Assembly (NCBI GenBank): GCA_963712535.1
Contig: CAVQIK010000012.1
Location: 88,135 to 152,134, forward strand
DNA from: an uncultured delta proteobacterium
GTDB taxonomy: Bacteria; Desulfobacterota; SM23-61
Direction: 5' to 3'
DNA: 64,000 bases
The notes beneath the pieces were generated by a model. That model had not been told where the DNA came from. It saw only the letters and a program-made list of their open reading frames with translations, and did no database searches. Positions 28,771 through 39,801 of this stretch are shown here, one piece after another (within the stretch, counting starts at the first letter, position 1; each line of letters starts with the position of its first letter). The position numbers were made by a program, and so were the translations under genes.

Positions 28771-30024
28771 TTGCACGCCATTGAAAAGATTTTAGCCGAA
28801 GCAGCGGGGAAGAAGGCAGTTGCAACGGGGGAAATCGTGAACTGCCGGGTGGATCTCGGGGAGGTGAACGACATCTATCTTCAGACCGTTCGCTCGTTTT
28901 TCGAGATGGGCGGGAAAAAGGTTTACGACCCGCAGAAGCTCGTCTTCATGATGGACCACTATTCCCCCGCATCCACGATAGGGCAGGCCGAGAACCAGAA
29001 GCAGTTCAGGGAATTCTGCCGCGAGCAGAACATACCCATGCTCTTCGACGTGGACCAGGGGGTATGCCACCAAGTGATGATCGACCGCGGCCTGGTTTAT
29101 CCCGGGATGGTCCTGGTTGCCACGGACTCTCACACCACCACGCACGGGGCGCTGGGCGCCTTTGGGACCGGTGTGGGGGCGACGGATATGGCGGTGATCA
29201 TGATCACCGGGAAGCTCTGGTTCAGGGTTCCCGAGATCGTCCATTTTCGACTGGAGGGAAAGCTTTCCAGGGGAGTCATGGCTAAGGACGTTATCCTGAA
29301 GATCATCGGCGACGTGGGGGCCGATTACGGGGTTTACCGGGGCATCGATTTCACCGGCCCCCTTCTCGACACCCTGGGCGTTTCCGAACGCATGACCCTG
29401 TGCAACATGACCACCGAAATGGGCGCCAAGGCCAGCTACATTCAGCCGGACCGGATCACCCTCGACTTTTTGCGGGACCGGGTGAAAACGGCTTTCAAAA
29501 CCTTTACCACCGATACTGGTTATTCCTATGCGGCGGAGCATGCGTACGACGTCTCCAGCTTGAAACCCCAGGTCGCGGCTCCCCACAGCGTGGACAACGT
29601 TCATCCCCTGGAAGAGTTCGTCGGCAGGCCCGTTCAGCAGGCATTTATCGGCACCTGCACCGGCGGACGCGTGGAAGACCTGGCCGTCGCGGCTCGCATC
29701 CTGAAAGGGAAGAAAGTGAAAGCGGGGACCCGCCTGCTCGTGGTCCCCGCCTCCAAAACCGTCCTCCTCGAGGCCATGGCCAGGGGGATCATGCAAACCC
29801 TGGTGGAGTCCGGGGCGACATTCGTGACCCCGGGCTGCGCCGCCTGCCTGGGAACTCACCAGGGGGTCCTGGCGGCGGGGGAGACCTGCATTACTGCGTC
29901 CAGCCGGAATTTCCCCGGCCGGATGGGCCACCCCAAAGCGGAAATCTTCGTCGCTTCCCCTGCTTCCGTGGCTGCGGCCGCGCTGGAAGGGATGATTGCC
30001 GATCCCGCGAAATACCTGGACTGA
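28771..30024 (+). CDS. aconitase-family hydro-lyase large subunit (archaeal-type LeuC/HacA-like)
   Basis: DSHTTTHGALGAFGTGVGATD and GTCTGGR.ED, with CAAC near the C-terminus (Fe-S ligands). 417 aa. TTG start behind AAGGAG. Confidence 0.85.
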   Translation: MHAIEKILAEAAGKKAVATGEIVNCRVDLGEVNDIYLQTVRSFFEMGGKKVYDPQKLVFMMDHYSPASTIGQAENQKQFREFCREQNIPMLFDVDQGVCHQVMIDRGLVYPGMVLVATDSHTTTHGALGAFGTGVGATDMAVIMITGKLWFRVPEIVHFRLEGKLSRGVMAKDVILKIIGDVGADYGVYRGIDFTGPLLDTLGVSERMTLCNMTTEMGAKASYIQPDRITLDFLRDRVKTAFKTFTTDTGYSYAAEHAYDVSSLKPQVAAPHSVDNVHPLEEFVGRPVQQAFIGTCTGGRVEDLAVAARILKGKKVKAGTRLLVVPASKTVLLEAMARGIMQTLVESGATFVTPGCAACLGTHQGVLAAGETCITASSRNFPGRMGHPKAEIFVASPASVAAAALEGMIADPAKYLD

Positions 30025-30034
30025 GGGAGAACCA

Positions 30035-30970
30035 ATGGAAAAAGTCATCAAAGGAAAAGCCTTCGTGTACGGCGCGAATATCGATACCGACCAGATCTAT
30101 CCCGGCAGGTTTCTGGAATTGACCGACCCCGAGGAGGTGGGAAAACACGCCATGGAAGGGGCTGACCCCGGATTCGTGAAGGCGTTTCAGCCGGGGGATA
30201 TCATCGTCGCTTCCACTAATTTCGGATGCGGTTCGAGCCGGGAACAGGCGGCCATTGCGCTGAAGGCGCGGGGAGCCGGGGCCATCCTCGCGGACTCCTT
30301 CGGGCGGATCTTCTACCGGAACGCCGTCAACCTGGGCATCCCGGTCATTGTTTGCCCGCATATTCACACGGTCGTTAAGAACGGAGACATTTTGAGGGTG
30401 GATTTAACCGCCGGGCAGGTGACCAATGAAACGACGGGGGCGGTAACCCGGGCGGAGCCGCTCTCCGATTACGTCATGAAGATTCTGGAAAGCGGGGGGA
30501 TCAAGGAGCTGATCCGAAAGCAGGTGTCGTCAGGCCGAGGTTTAGAAGCAAATGGGTCGTGCCTTCGCAGATGTGCGCAACACGCTCAAAATGTTCGTGG
30601 CGCAGATAGTCCCGAGACGAAAGTCCTGATCTCGAAAATTTTATCTTTCCCTGCATCCGTGTCGAACTCCGCGTCAACGGGCCTTGGACGGAAATTCTGG
30701 CTCTCGGCGTTGCATCTGTGTCCGATTCGGAACAGAGATCTCACTCAAACCCCGGCGGCGGGACGAACCCCTGGAACTCCCGCTCCAGCAGCCGGGCGAA
30801 ATGAATGCACGTGTGGTCCCCGTACTGCGGCCCGACGATTTGCACGCCCACCGGTAATCCCCCTTCCGTCAATCCCACCGGAGCCATGGTGGCCGGCAGG
30901 AAAAAGTTGCAGGAGTAGCCCGCCCAGAACATCTGGGTCGTGGAAGGCTGGGGCCGCCCGTTCACCATGA
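30035..30970 (+). CDS. aconitase-family small subunit (LeuD/HacB-like) with an anomalous about 145-codon 3' extension
   Basis: The conserved domain covers about 164 aa (NIDTDQIYPGRFL, TNFGCGSSREQAA, up to ILESGGIKELIRKQV, near nt 30526). No stop follows until 30970, so the ORF overlaps the convergent amidase by 230 nt with low-complexity sequence. Confidence 0.8.
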   Translation: MEKVIKGKAFVYGANIDTDQIYPGRFLELTDPEEVGKHAMEGADPGFVKAFQPGDIIVASTNFGCGSSREQAAIALKARGAGAILADSFGRIFYRNAVNLGIPVIVCPHIHTVVKNGDILRVDLTAGQVTNETTGAVTRAEPLSDYVMKILESGGIKELIRKQVSSGRGLEANGSCLRRCAQHAQNVRGADSPETKVLISKILSFPASVSNSASTGLGRKFWLSALHLCPIRNRDLTQTPAAGRTPGTPAPAAGRNECTCGPRTAARRFARPPVIPLPSIPPEPWWPAGKSCRSSPPRTSGSWKAGAARSP

Positions 30971-32198
30971 CCATGCGCTCCCACCGCTCGCCCTTCTGGT
31001 TGTGCGGGAAAGCGGCGGTTGCGGCCTCGGGGCACAAGAACAGGTCGTACTCGCGGAAAAATTCATCCCAGGCCCAGCGCATCTTGTGGCGCGCTTCGTT
31101 GACTGCCAGCCAATCCTTGTGGAAGAGGGTCTCTCCCCGGATCTTCTCCGCCGGATAGCTTTCGTCGCCGGGGTCGAGCGCCTGGAGGGTCGCCAGGTTC
31201 TTCCGGAACTCCTCCGGAGTCTGGCGCCCCGACGTCTGCGCCCGCAGAAGATGAAGGTAGTTTCGGTGAGCCTCCCGGGAATCGATCTTTGGCCGGCCGT
31301 TTTCCACCACTTTTACTTTATTTTTCTTCAAAAACTCGACCATCTTCTGAAGGCTTTTCTGAACCTCCTGGTCGACTTCCGCCCGAGGGTCGGTGTAGGC
31401 AACCGCCACCCTGTATTCGCGGAGGGTCTTCTTCGCCGGCCCCGGGAGGCTCAGCTTCCAGCCTCTCCCGTCGATCTCATCCGGCCCGGCGACCACGTCG
31501 AGGGCGATGGCAAGGTCCTCGGCGCTTCGCGCCAGGGGCCCGATCACCGCAATATCCTCCGGGGCCACCTGCCCTTCCAGCGCCTGGCCCAGGGCCGTGG
31601 CGATCCCGTGGGTCGGCTTGTGGCCGTAAACCCCGCAGTAATGGGCGGGGTTGCGGATGGAGGAGCCGATGTCGCTCCCGTTTTCCAGTCCCGTAAGCCC
31701 CGCGGCGAGCGCGGCGGCGGCTCCGCCCGAGGACCCCCCCGGAACCCGGGTCACGTCCCAGGGGTTGTTCGTCGTCCCGTAAATTTCGTTGAAGCTCTGC
31801 CAATCGGCCAGGTAGAGCGGGACGTTGGTCTTGCCAAAGAGGATCACCCCGGCCTTAAGGTACCGTTCTACCGCGACCGAGTTCTTCTTCGGGTAATTGT
31901 TCTTGAACTCGGGCACTCCCCAGGTGGTTGGCATCCCGACCACATCGAAGGATTCTTTGATGGTCATAGGCACCCCGTGTAAGGGTCCCCAGATCTCACC
32001 CCGGGCTAGCGCCCGATCGGCTTGCTTCGCCCGTCTTCGGGCACTTTCGCGGTCCATGAAAATGACCGCGTTGATCTTCGGGTTGTAACGCTCAACCCGT
32101 TCCAGGTACAGGTCCAGCAGTTCCAGGCACCCCACCTTCTTCTGGCGAATGAGCGAGGCCAGCTGCTTGGCTGAACGAAAAGGCATAGCTAACATCAT
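30741..32198 (-). CDS. amidase-signature (AS) family amidase
   Basis: GGSSGGAAAALAAGL and ENGSDIGSSIRNPA signature. 485 aa. AAGGAGG lies upstream. Confidence 0.9.
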   Translation of the reverse strand: MMLAMPFRSAKQLASLIRQKKVGCLELLDLYLERVERYNPKINAVIFMDRESARRRAKQADRALARGEIWGPLHGVPMTIKESFDVVGMPTTWGVPEFKNNYPKKNSVAVERYLKAGVILFGKTNVPLYLADWQSFNEIYGTTNNPWDVTRVPGGSSGGAAAALAAGLTGLENGSDIGSSIRNPAHYCGVYGHKPTHGIATALGQALEGQVAPEDIAVIGPLARSAEDLAIALDVVAGPDEIDGRGWKLSLPGPAKKTLREYRVAVAYTDPRAEVDQEVQKSLQKMVEFLKKNKVKVVENGRPKIDSREAHRNYLHLLRAQTSGRQTPEEFRKNLATLQALDPGDESYPAEKIRGETLFHKDWLAVNEARHKMRWAWDEFFREYDLFLCPEAATAAFPHNQKGERWERMVMVNGRPQPSTTQMFWAGYSCNFFLPATMAPVGLTEGGLPVGVQIVGPQYGDHTCIHFARLLEREFQGFVPPPGFE

Positions 32199-32256
32199 CT
32201 CCTCCTTAGTTATTACCTGAATCCTGCACCGAGAGAGATGAAATAGGGTGAAACAT

Positions 32257-32320
32257 CTGGGCTACCCCTGTTATTGTAGGGTTATCACCACATAACCGGT
32301 AACAACAGGAGGTAACCCAG
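32257..32320. other. 64-nt imperfect long hairpin in the divergent intergenic region
   Basis: CTGGGCTACCCCTGTTATTGTAGGGTTAT / ATAACCGGTAACAACAGGAGGTAACCCAG. Five paired blocks (5+4+6+2+6 bp) with small bulges and a 6-nt loop. Confidence 0.4.
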
Positions 32321-32616
32321 ATGGTTAAAAGGCAAGATCAGGGTAGTGCTGGAAGCTGCAAAAAATCAAGGGGAAAATGAATATCAACAGAAGGCGAGTA
32401 AAATAGGGCCTTCTACGGCATACGATTATTGTCGGAAGCGTTTGAGCCCCTTCGGTGTATTCCCGGCATGACAGCCGGGTTGCGGGACTGTTCAAGTTTA
32501 CGGAGTATCTGGACCAGCGTCGTCAGCGGGTGCGAAAGGCCCGCAAACAAACCCAAGATCTTGCGCGAATATTTCTGCGTCAGTGATTCTGCCGCCAATA
32601 ATTTCCCAATAATTCC

Positions 32617-32645
32617 TTGACACCCAATTGTCTCTTTTATATATT
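32617..32645 (+). promoter_or_regulatory. sigma70-type promoter for the ABC operon
   Basis: TTGACA (32617-32622), 17-nt spacer, TATATT (32640-32645). This implies a roughly 200-nt leader before ATG 32856. Confidence 0.45.
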
Positions 32646-32802
32646 CAACCCACCCCCATGCGAGTCCGTATTAAATCAAACCGGTTATTCAACTCATCCA
32701 AGAATGAGTCCTTAGCCAAAATCCTTTTGGACGCACGATCGGAAAGGGAGCGCGCCATGCCCCGGGCGGATTCGGTCCCGGCGATTGGCGTTCGTGTTCG
32801 GC

Positions 32803-32840
32803 GATCGGGCCGGCTCAGCGCCCGATCCTTTCACTCTTCT
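32803..32840 (+). promoter_or_regulatory. terminator-like hairpin in the 5' leader (possible attenuator)
   Basis: GATCGGGC-9 nt-GCCCGATC (perfect 8-bp GC-rich stem) followed by CTTTCACTCTTCT, immediately before the AAGGAGGA RBS. Confidence 0.35.
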
Positions 32841-32855
32841 CGAAGGAGGATGATT

Positions 32856-34367
32856 ATGAGGAAATGGACCCTTTGGATGACGTTTCTTGCCCTGGTGCTC
32901 GTGTTCGGTACAGCGCCGGTTCTGGCCGCCCCCAAGGGCCAGATCGTGATCGCCCTTGACACGGACACCCCCACCATGGACCCCCATGGCCACCAGGAAC
33001 GTGTCGGCCACAACGTCGGCTGGCACCTGTTCGATTCCTTGTTTTACCGCCACCCGGACACGACCACCGTTCCGGCCCTGGCCGTAAGTTACAAGGTCGT
33101 GGACCCGGTCACCGTGGATCTGAAATTGCGCCAGGGCGTCAAGTTCCACAACGGCGAGCCCTTCGACGCCCAGTCGGTGAAGTTCAGCCTGGAGCGGATC
33201 CTGGACCCGAAGACCAAGTCTCCCCGGACCAACTCGGTGGCCTGGCTCAAGTCAGTGGAGGTCAAGGGAGAACACGAGGCCCGGCTTCATTTAAAGGCGC
33301 CTTCACCCACCTGGCTCATCGAGCTCTCCAACCTCAGCATGATGCCTCCCAAGTACGCCAACGAGAAGGGGATCGCTCACATCGCCCAGAACCCCGTGGG
33401 CACCGGGCCGTACAAGTTCGTGAAGTGGACCCGGGGCCAGGAGATCGTGCTGGAGGCCAATACCGAGTATTTCAAGGGCGAGCCCAAGGTCAAGACTCTC
33501 ATTTTCAAGATCATCCCCGAGTACTCCACCCGCATCGCCGCCCTTCTTTCGGGGGCCATCGACCTGGTGGGTCACGTGGCGCCCGAGGACGTACCCACCA
33601 TCGAGGCCAACAAGGGTCTCAAGGTGCAGGCCGTCCCGATTCTCCGTTTCCAATGGACGTACCTCTCCGACGCCATGACCAAGGGCTCCCCCCTGGCCGA
33701 CAAGCGGGTCCGCCAGGCCATTAACTACGCGGTGAACACGCCGCGCATCATCAAGGACATTCTCGGGGGATACGGTACCCCCACGGTGTGCCTCAACTCC
33801 CTGCATTTCGGGTACAATCCCGCGGTAAAACCGTATCCCTACGACCCGGCGAAAGCCAAGGCGCTGTTGAAGGAGGCGGGGTACCCCGGCGGGTTCGAGA
33901 TGACCGTGCACTACGCCACGGTGAACATGATGAAGGGCGACGAGATGTACCAGGCGGTCCAGTCGGACCTGGCCGCGGTGGGCATCAAGATCAAGCTGCA
34001 GAAATGGAGCGGCGTGGGGTACATGGACATGGTCAAGTCCGGCCGCGCCAAACCGGCCTTCGGGCTGAACTGGGGCAGCAGCGGGCTGTTCGACGGCGAC
34101 CAGATCTTTCCCTTTTTCCGCTCCGGCGGCATTTACACCTTCTGGAGCACTCCCGAGGTGGACAAGCTCATCGACCAGCAGCGCACCGAGATGGACCTGG
34201 AGAAGCGCAAGGCCTTGATGTTCAAGATCCAGGAAATCGTCCGGGAAGAGGCCCCCTGGCTGTTCCAGTACTCCTTCCACGCGTTGTGGGGGTACAACAC
34301 CAAGTTCAAGTTCGCACCGCGCAAGGATGAATTCATATACGTGTACGAGATCGACTTCGCCCCTTGA
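32856..34367 (+). CDS. ABC transporter substrate-binding protein, family 5 (peptide/nickel/opine type)
   Basis: Signal peptide MRKWTLWMTFLALVLVFGTAPVLA. SBP_bac_5-like strings (GTGPYKFVKW, LLSGAIDL). Start chosen 6 nt after GGAGG. Confidence 0.9.
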   Translation: MRKWTLWMTFLALVLVFGTAPVLAAPKGQIVIALDTDTPTMDPHGHQERVGHNVGWHLFDSLFYRHPDTTTVPALAVSYKVVDPVTVDLKLRQGVKFHNGEPFDAQSVKFSLERILDPKTKSPRTNSVAWLKSVEVKGEHEARLHLKAPSPTWLIELSNLSMMPPKYANEKGIAHIAQNPVGTGPYKFVKWTRGQEIVLEANTEYFKGEPKVKTLIFKIIPEYSTRIAALLSGAIDLVGHVAPEDVPTIEANKGLKVQAVPILRFQWTYLSDAMTKGSPLADKRVRQAINYAVNTPRIIKDILGGYGTPTVCLNSLHFGYNPAVKPYPYDPAKAKALLKEAGYPGGFEMTVHYATVNMMKGDEMYQAVQSDLAAVGIKIKLQKWSGVGYMDMVKSGRAKPAFGLNWGSSGLFDGDQIFPFFRSGGIYTFWSTPEVDKLIDQQRTEMDLEKRKALMFKIQEIVREEAPWLFQYSFHALWGYNTKFKFAPRKDEFIYVYEIDFAP

Positions 34368-34424
34368 GATTCGTTCCGGGCCGGCGGGAACGCCGGCCCG
34401 GGACGAACCTGATCTGGAGTCCCG

Positions 34425-35342
34425 GTGGCCCGATACGCCCTACGGAGCCTGATCCAACTGGTCCTCGTCACCTGGGCCGTGGCCACCACTGCGTTTTTGC
34501 TCGTATTCATGAGCGGCGACCCGGTCATGCTCATGGTTCCCATGACTGCTACCCGGGAGGAGGTCGAGGCCCTGCGCGACGCCTTTGGCCTCAACCAGCC
34601 CCTCTGGGTGCAGTACGCGCGGTACATGGTCCGGGCGGTTCAGGGGGATTTCGGGGTCTCCATCAAGGCGGGACAACCCGCGCTAAACCTGGTCCTGGAG
34701 CGCATCCCCGCGACCCTGGAACTGGGGCTCTCGGGAATGATCCTGGCCACCGTGGTGGGCGTGGGCGTGGGGGTCCTGTCCGCGCTCAAGAGGGATTCGT
34801 GGATCGACGCCGCGGGCCGGGTGCTCGCCCTGGGCAGCCAGGCCATGCCCATCTTCTGGCTGGGCCTAATCCTCATCATCATTTTCTCGGTGAAGCTTCG
34901 TCTTCTTCCCCCCTTCGGCCGCGGAGGGCTGAAGGAACTCATTCTCCCGGCCATCACCATGGCCACGTACAACATCCCCCTGATTCTTCGCCTCACGAGA
35001 TCGACCTTCTTCGACGTCCTGTACCAGGACTATGTCCGCACGGCCCGGGCGAAGGGCCTCCCGGAGCGGGTCGTGGTGTTCGTGCACATTCTGCGGAACG
35101 CGGCCATCCCCCTGGTCACGGTCCTGGGGATGAACTTCGGGCGGATCCTGGGGGGAGCCATCGTAACCGAGACGGTCTTCGCTTGGCCCGGGGTAGGGTC
35201 GCTGAGCATCGATGCCATTTTCACGGCGGACTACCCCGTAATTATGGCCGCCACCATCATCCTGGTGGTGAGCGTGGTGGTGATCAACTTCCTCACGGAT
35301 CTGACCTACGTGGTGCTGGACCCGCGGATTCGTTACGGGTGA
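34425..35342 (+). CDS. ABC transporter permease (DppB/OppB type)
   Basis: Typical N-terminus (ALRSLIQLVLVTWAV.T..FLL). EAA-like region (YVRTARAKGLPERVV). 6 TM segments. Confidence 0.9.
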   Translation: MARYALRSLIQLVLVTWAVATTAFLLVFMSGDPVMLMVPMTATREEVEALRDAFGLNQPLWVQYARYMVRAVQGDFGVSIKAGQPALNLVLERIPATLELGLSGMILATVVGVGVGVLSALKRDSWIDAAGRVLALGSQAMPIFWLGLILIIIFSVKLRLLPPFGRGGLKELILPAITMATYNIPLILRLTRSTFFDVLYQDYVRTARAKGLPERVVVFVHILRNAAIPLVTVLGMNFGRILGGAIVTETVFAWPGVGSLSIDAIFTADYPVIMAATIILVVSVVVINFLTDLTYVVLDPRIRYG

Positions 35343-35351
35343 GGGGGAGCG

Positions 35352-36269
35352 ATGTCAGCGGATGGGGCCAAGAACGAAACTCGCTTGCGCTTCCTCTGGT
35401 GGGACTTGGAAGCCGTGCCCATGCCGCGGGCTCTTCGGGCGGTGCTGCGAAGCCGAACGGCCTTGTGGGGGATCCTGTTCGTTTTCCTCGCTCTGTTCGT
35501 GGCCGTGACCGCCCCCTGGGTCTCGCCGCACGATCCGTATAAGCAGGAGACCGGCATGCGTCTCAAGCCCCCGGTCTGGGATCCCGCAGCCAAGGAAGGC
35601 CATCTCCTGGGGACGGACCAACTGGGCCGGGATGTGCTCTCCCGGATGATGTACGGCGCGAGGGTGTCCCTCATCGTGGCGGCCGTGGCCGTGTTCATCG
35701 CGGCGGTCAGCGGAGTGGGGATCGGACTCCTGGCGGGTTTCTACGGGGGCTGGATCGACTCGGTCCTTATGGGCCTTACCAATTTCTTCCTCAGTTTCCC
35801 TCACGTGCTTCTGGCCATCGCCATCATGGGGATCGTGGGACCGGGGTTCACCACCCTGATCCTGGTCCTGGGCCTAACTTCCTGGCCCATTTACACGCGG
35901 ATCATCCGCTCGGAGGTCCTGACCGTCAAGGAACTGGAGTTTGTGGAAGCGGCCCGGGCCCTGGGCGTCCGGGAAATCGTGATCCTGTTCAAACACATCA
36001 CCCCCAGCGTGCTCAACTCCATCCTGGTCACGGCCAGCCTCGAGACCGCCCGCATGATCATCAACGAGGCTTTTTTCAGTTTTCTCGGTCTGGGCGTGCA
36101 GCCCCCCATCCCCTCCTGGGGGAATATGCTCTATGACGGAAAGGCGTATATTTTCGTGAACCACTGGTTAATCACCCTGCCGGGGATCGCCATCTTCCTC
36201 ACCACCTTGGGGTTCAACCTCATCGGCGACTGGCTGAGGGACGTGTTCGATCCGCGCATGGTTTTCTAG
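35352..36269 (+). CDS. ABC transporter permease (DppC/OppC type)
   Basis: HLLGTDQLGRDVLSRMMYGARVSL. EAA motif (FVEAARALGVRE). 6 TM segments. Confidence 0.9.
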   Translation: MSADGAKNETRLRFLWWDLEAVPMPRALRAVLRSRTALWGILFVFLALFVAVTAPWVSPHDPYKQETGMRLKPPVWDPAAKEGHLLGTDQLGRDVLSRMMYGARVSLIVAAVAVFIAAVSGVGIGLLAGFYGGWIDSVLMGLTNFFLSFPHVLLAIAIMGIVGPGFTTLILVLGLTSWPIYTRIIRSEVLTVKELEFVEAARALGVREIVILFKHITPSVLNSILVTASLETARMIINEAFFSFLGLGVQPPIPSWGNMLYDGKAYIFVNHWLITLPGIAIFLTTLGFNLIGDWLRDVFDPRMVF

Positions 36270-36279
36270 GAGGAAGCGC

Positions 36280-37317
36280 ATGGAAGATTTTCGACACGAT
36301 TTATTGGAACTGGTGGCCCTGAACGGGCCGTCCGGATTCGAGGGGCCCGTGGCCGAGTATATTCGAAACCGGGTCCGGCCCTTCGTCACCCGGGCCGAGA
36401 TCGACGGCGTGGGCAATGTCCTGGCCACCAAGCAGGGCCCGCCGGGGTCTCCGGTCCTCATGTTCATGGCCCACATGGATCAGGTCAGCATGGTCGTCAC
36501 GGCAATACCCGACGGATTCGTTCGTTTCGACTACGTGGGCTCCGTGTACCCGGCGTGCATCGTGGCCCACCCCCTGCTGGTCCTCACCGAATCCGGACCG
36601 GTGCCCGGGGTCGTGGGTTCGCCCAGTTATCACATGGGCCAGGCCAACCTGGACAACCTCTGGCTCGACGTGGGGGGCCGCGCGGACCGGGTGAGGGTGG
36701 GGGATCCGATCGTCTTCGACTCCACCCCCCGCTGGCTGGACGACGATCAAAAGATCCTGGCGTCCCGGTCGCTGGATGACCGGACCGGCTGCGCGATCCT
36801 CCTGGAGCTGGCCCGCCGTTTCGAGGACGTGGAGCTGGACGTAACGGTGATCTTCACCTTCACGGTTCAGGAAGAGGTCTTTGCGCGGGGCGCTCAACAC
36901 GCCGCCAAGACGGTCCATCCGAAATGGGTCATCTCCGTGGACGGCGGGACCGCCAGGAATCCCAGCATCCCTCCCGAAGCGAACTGCCCCCCCTTCGACG
37001 ACGGGTTGAGCCTGCGCCGGTACGAGACGATCAAGCCGCAGCGCGGAGTGCTGACCTTCTGGGCGGACCCGGATCTCGTCCGGCAACTCACCCGGGCGGG
37101 AGAGAGGACCCGCATACCCATTAATTACGACGTCCGCTTCAATGTGTACACCGACGCCGCCGGCGCCTCGGAATCATGGATGGACATCAAGTGCGCGGCG
37201 CTGGGCACCCCCCGTCGATACGGTCACGCGCCCCTGGAGATCGTGCACCTGGACACTCTCGGGAAGGCCATAGTCATGCTGGAGGAGTTTCTCAGGACCG
37301 AGCATGGGAGGAAATAA
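36280..37317 (+). CDS. M42-family metallopeptidase (glutamyl aminopeptidase / FrvX / SgcX-like)
   Basis: LNGPSGFEGPVAEYI, MFMAHMDQV, SRSLDDRTG, QEEV. 345 aa. AGGAGGAAG RBS. Confidence 0.85.
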   Translation: MEDFRHDLLELVALNGPSGFEGPVAEYIRNRVRPFVTRAEIDGVGNVLATKQGPPGSPVLMFMAHMDQVSMVVTAIPDGFVRFDYVGSVYPACIVAHPLLVLTESGPVPGVVGSPSYHMGQANLDNLWLDVGGRADRVRVGDPIVFDSTPRWLDDDQKILASRSLDDRTGCAILLELARRFEDVELDVTVIFTFTVQEEVFARGAQHAAKTVHPKWVISVDGGTARNPSIPPEANCPPFDDGLSLRRYETIKPQRGVLTFWADPDLVRQLTRAGERTRIPINYDVRFNVYTDAAGASESWMDIKCAALGTPRRYGHAPLEIVHLDTLGKAIVMLEEFLRTEHGRK

Positions 37318-37580
37318 GAGGCGAAGGACGGAGGGGGGCGAAAGACAGTGGGACATGCAAATGGGGAAATGAAAAGCGCTGATCCGGGGGGAAGGCCGGA
37401 AGCGCTTTTTTTTGTCCTGCCGGCGAAACCCGGATCGGAGTACGGGGCCGTTGCCGGAATCCGAATGTATACTCAACAGGTGCAAAAATATTCCGCAGTA
37501 AGTGCTTCCGCAGCCACGCTGTTATTGGGAAAAAGCGTTCCAATATATCGTTGCAGGAATTCACCGCCGGTGACTTTTGG

Positions 37581-37680
37581 TCGCCCCTTTTTTAAAGGGT
37601 CGGGCGGGGGGGATTTCTGACCCAGCCTGTCCAAGAAAATCCCCCCTCCCCCCTTTGCCAAGGAGGGGGGAATTTTTGGA
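37581..37680. repeat. G/C-run hairpin repeat units related to families A/B
   Basis: CCCCTTTTTTAAAGGG..GGGGGGGATTTCTGA and AAAATCCCCCCTCCCCCCTTTGCCAAGGAGGGGGGAATTTTT, inside a 460-nt gap within the ABC operon. Confidence 0.6.
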
Positions 37681-37778
37681 TCACTAGGTAGGTATCAATG
37701 GGGGCCATTGGCTTGCGCGCCGCCTGCCTGTGAACCCCGTTCCGGGGCCGAAGCGCCCTAAGTATCGTCTCGTAAGGG

Positions 37779-38756
37779 GTGAGCGTGGCGCAGGAAATGC
37801 TCAGGATCGAGGGTTTGCGGACGGTCTTCTTTACCAACCGCGGGATGGTCGCGGCCGTGGACGGCGTGGATCTCTCTCTGGATCGGGGAGGCACCCTGGG
37901 GGTCGTGGGGGAATCGGGTTCGGGGAAGACCGTCTGCGCCTATTCTATCCTGAGGCTGATCCCGTATCCCGGGCGGGTCGTCGGTGGCTCCATCCGCTTT
38001 GACGGGGAAAACCTGCTGGCCCTGTCCTCGGCGGAAATGCGGAAGATTCGGGGCAACCGCATCTCCATGATCTTCCAGGAGCCCATGACCAGTCTGAACC
38101 CGGTGCTCACCGTGGGTCGCCAGATCATGGAACCCCTCATTTTTCATCAGGGAATGACGCGCGCCCGGGCGTGGGAGGAGTCTGTCCGGCTGCTCGGTCT
38201 CGTGGGCATTCCCTCGGCCGAGCATAGGATCCGCGAGTATCCTCATCAGCTCTCGGGCGGCATGCGCCAACGCGTTATGATCGCCATGGCCCTTTCCTGC
38301 CGCCCGTCCCTGCTCATCGCCGATGAACCGACCACCGCCCTGGACGTGACCATCCAGGCTCAGATCCTGGACCTCATGAAGCGGCTGCAGTCCGAGCTGG
38401 GCATGGCCATCATGCTCATCACCCACAACCTGGGGGTGGTGGCCCAGATGGTGGAGCGGGTGGCGGTGATGTATGCGGGGCAAGTCGTGGAGTATGGCCC
38501 CACCTCGCCGGTGTACGACGAGCCCCGACATCCGTATACCGCCGGGCTTTTGGGCTCCATCCCCAAGCTTCATGAGCGGCGGGAAAGGCTGCAGTCCATC
38601 GCCGGCACCGTCCCGTCCATGCTGGAGATGCCGAGCGGATGCCGCTTCCGGGAAAGATGCCCGCAGGCCATGGACCGCTGTCAGGCCCAGCCGCCGCCGG
38701 TGATGGAGGTGGGGGCGGGGCACACGGTCCGCTGCTGGTTGGCGGTTAACGGTTGA
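37779..38756 (+). CDS. ABC transporter ATP-binding protein (DppD/OppD type)
   Basis: [29 protein letters not shown]-terminal oligopeptide-ABC extension (HPYT..LL.S.P). Start could be GTG 37779, GTG 37785 or ATG 37797. Confidence 0.9.
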   Translation: MSVAQEMLRIEGLRTVFFTNRGMVAAVDGVDLSLDRGGTLGVVGESGSGKTVCAYSILRLIPYPGRVVGGSIRFDGENLLALSSAEMRKIRGNRISMIFQEPMTSLNPVLTVGRQIMEPLIFHQGMTRARAWEESVRLLGLVGIPSAEHRIREYPHQLSGGMRQRVMIAMALSCRPSLLIADEPTTALDVTIQAQILDLMKRLQSELGMAIMLITHNLGVVAQMVERVAVMYAGQVVEYGPTSPVYDEPRHPYTAGLLGSIPKLHERRERLQSIAGTVPSMLEMPSGCRFRERCPQAMDRCQAQPPPVMEVGAGHTVRCWLAVNG

Positions 38757-38811
38757 AAATTATGGAATGCCCGGCGCGGGACCCCGACCGCCCCGGGAAT
38801 CGGAAAAGGGT

Positions 38812-39801
<990 letters not shown>

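Noticed and set aside
30527-30970. The C-terminal extension of the LeuD-like protein as a novel fused domain
   Set aside because: The sequence is low-complexity (R/P/A/G/S-rich), is antisense to the amidase coding region, and begins exactly where the conserved domain normally ends. A missing stop is more likely.
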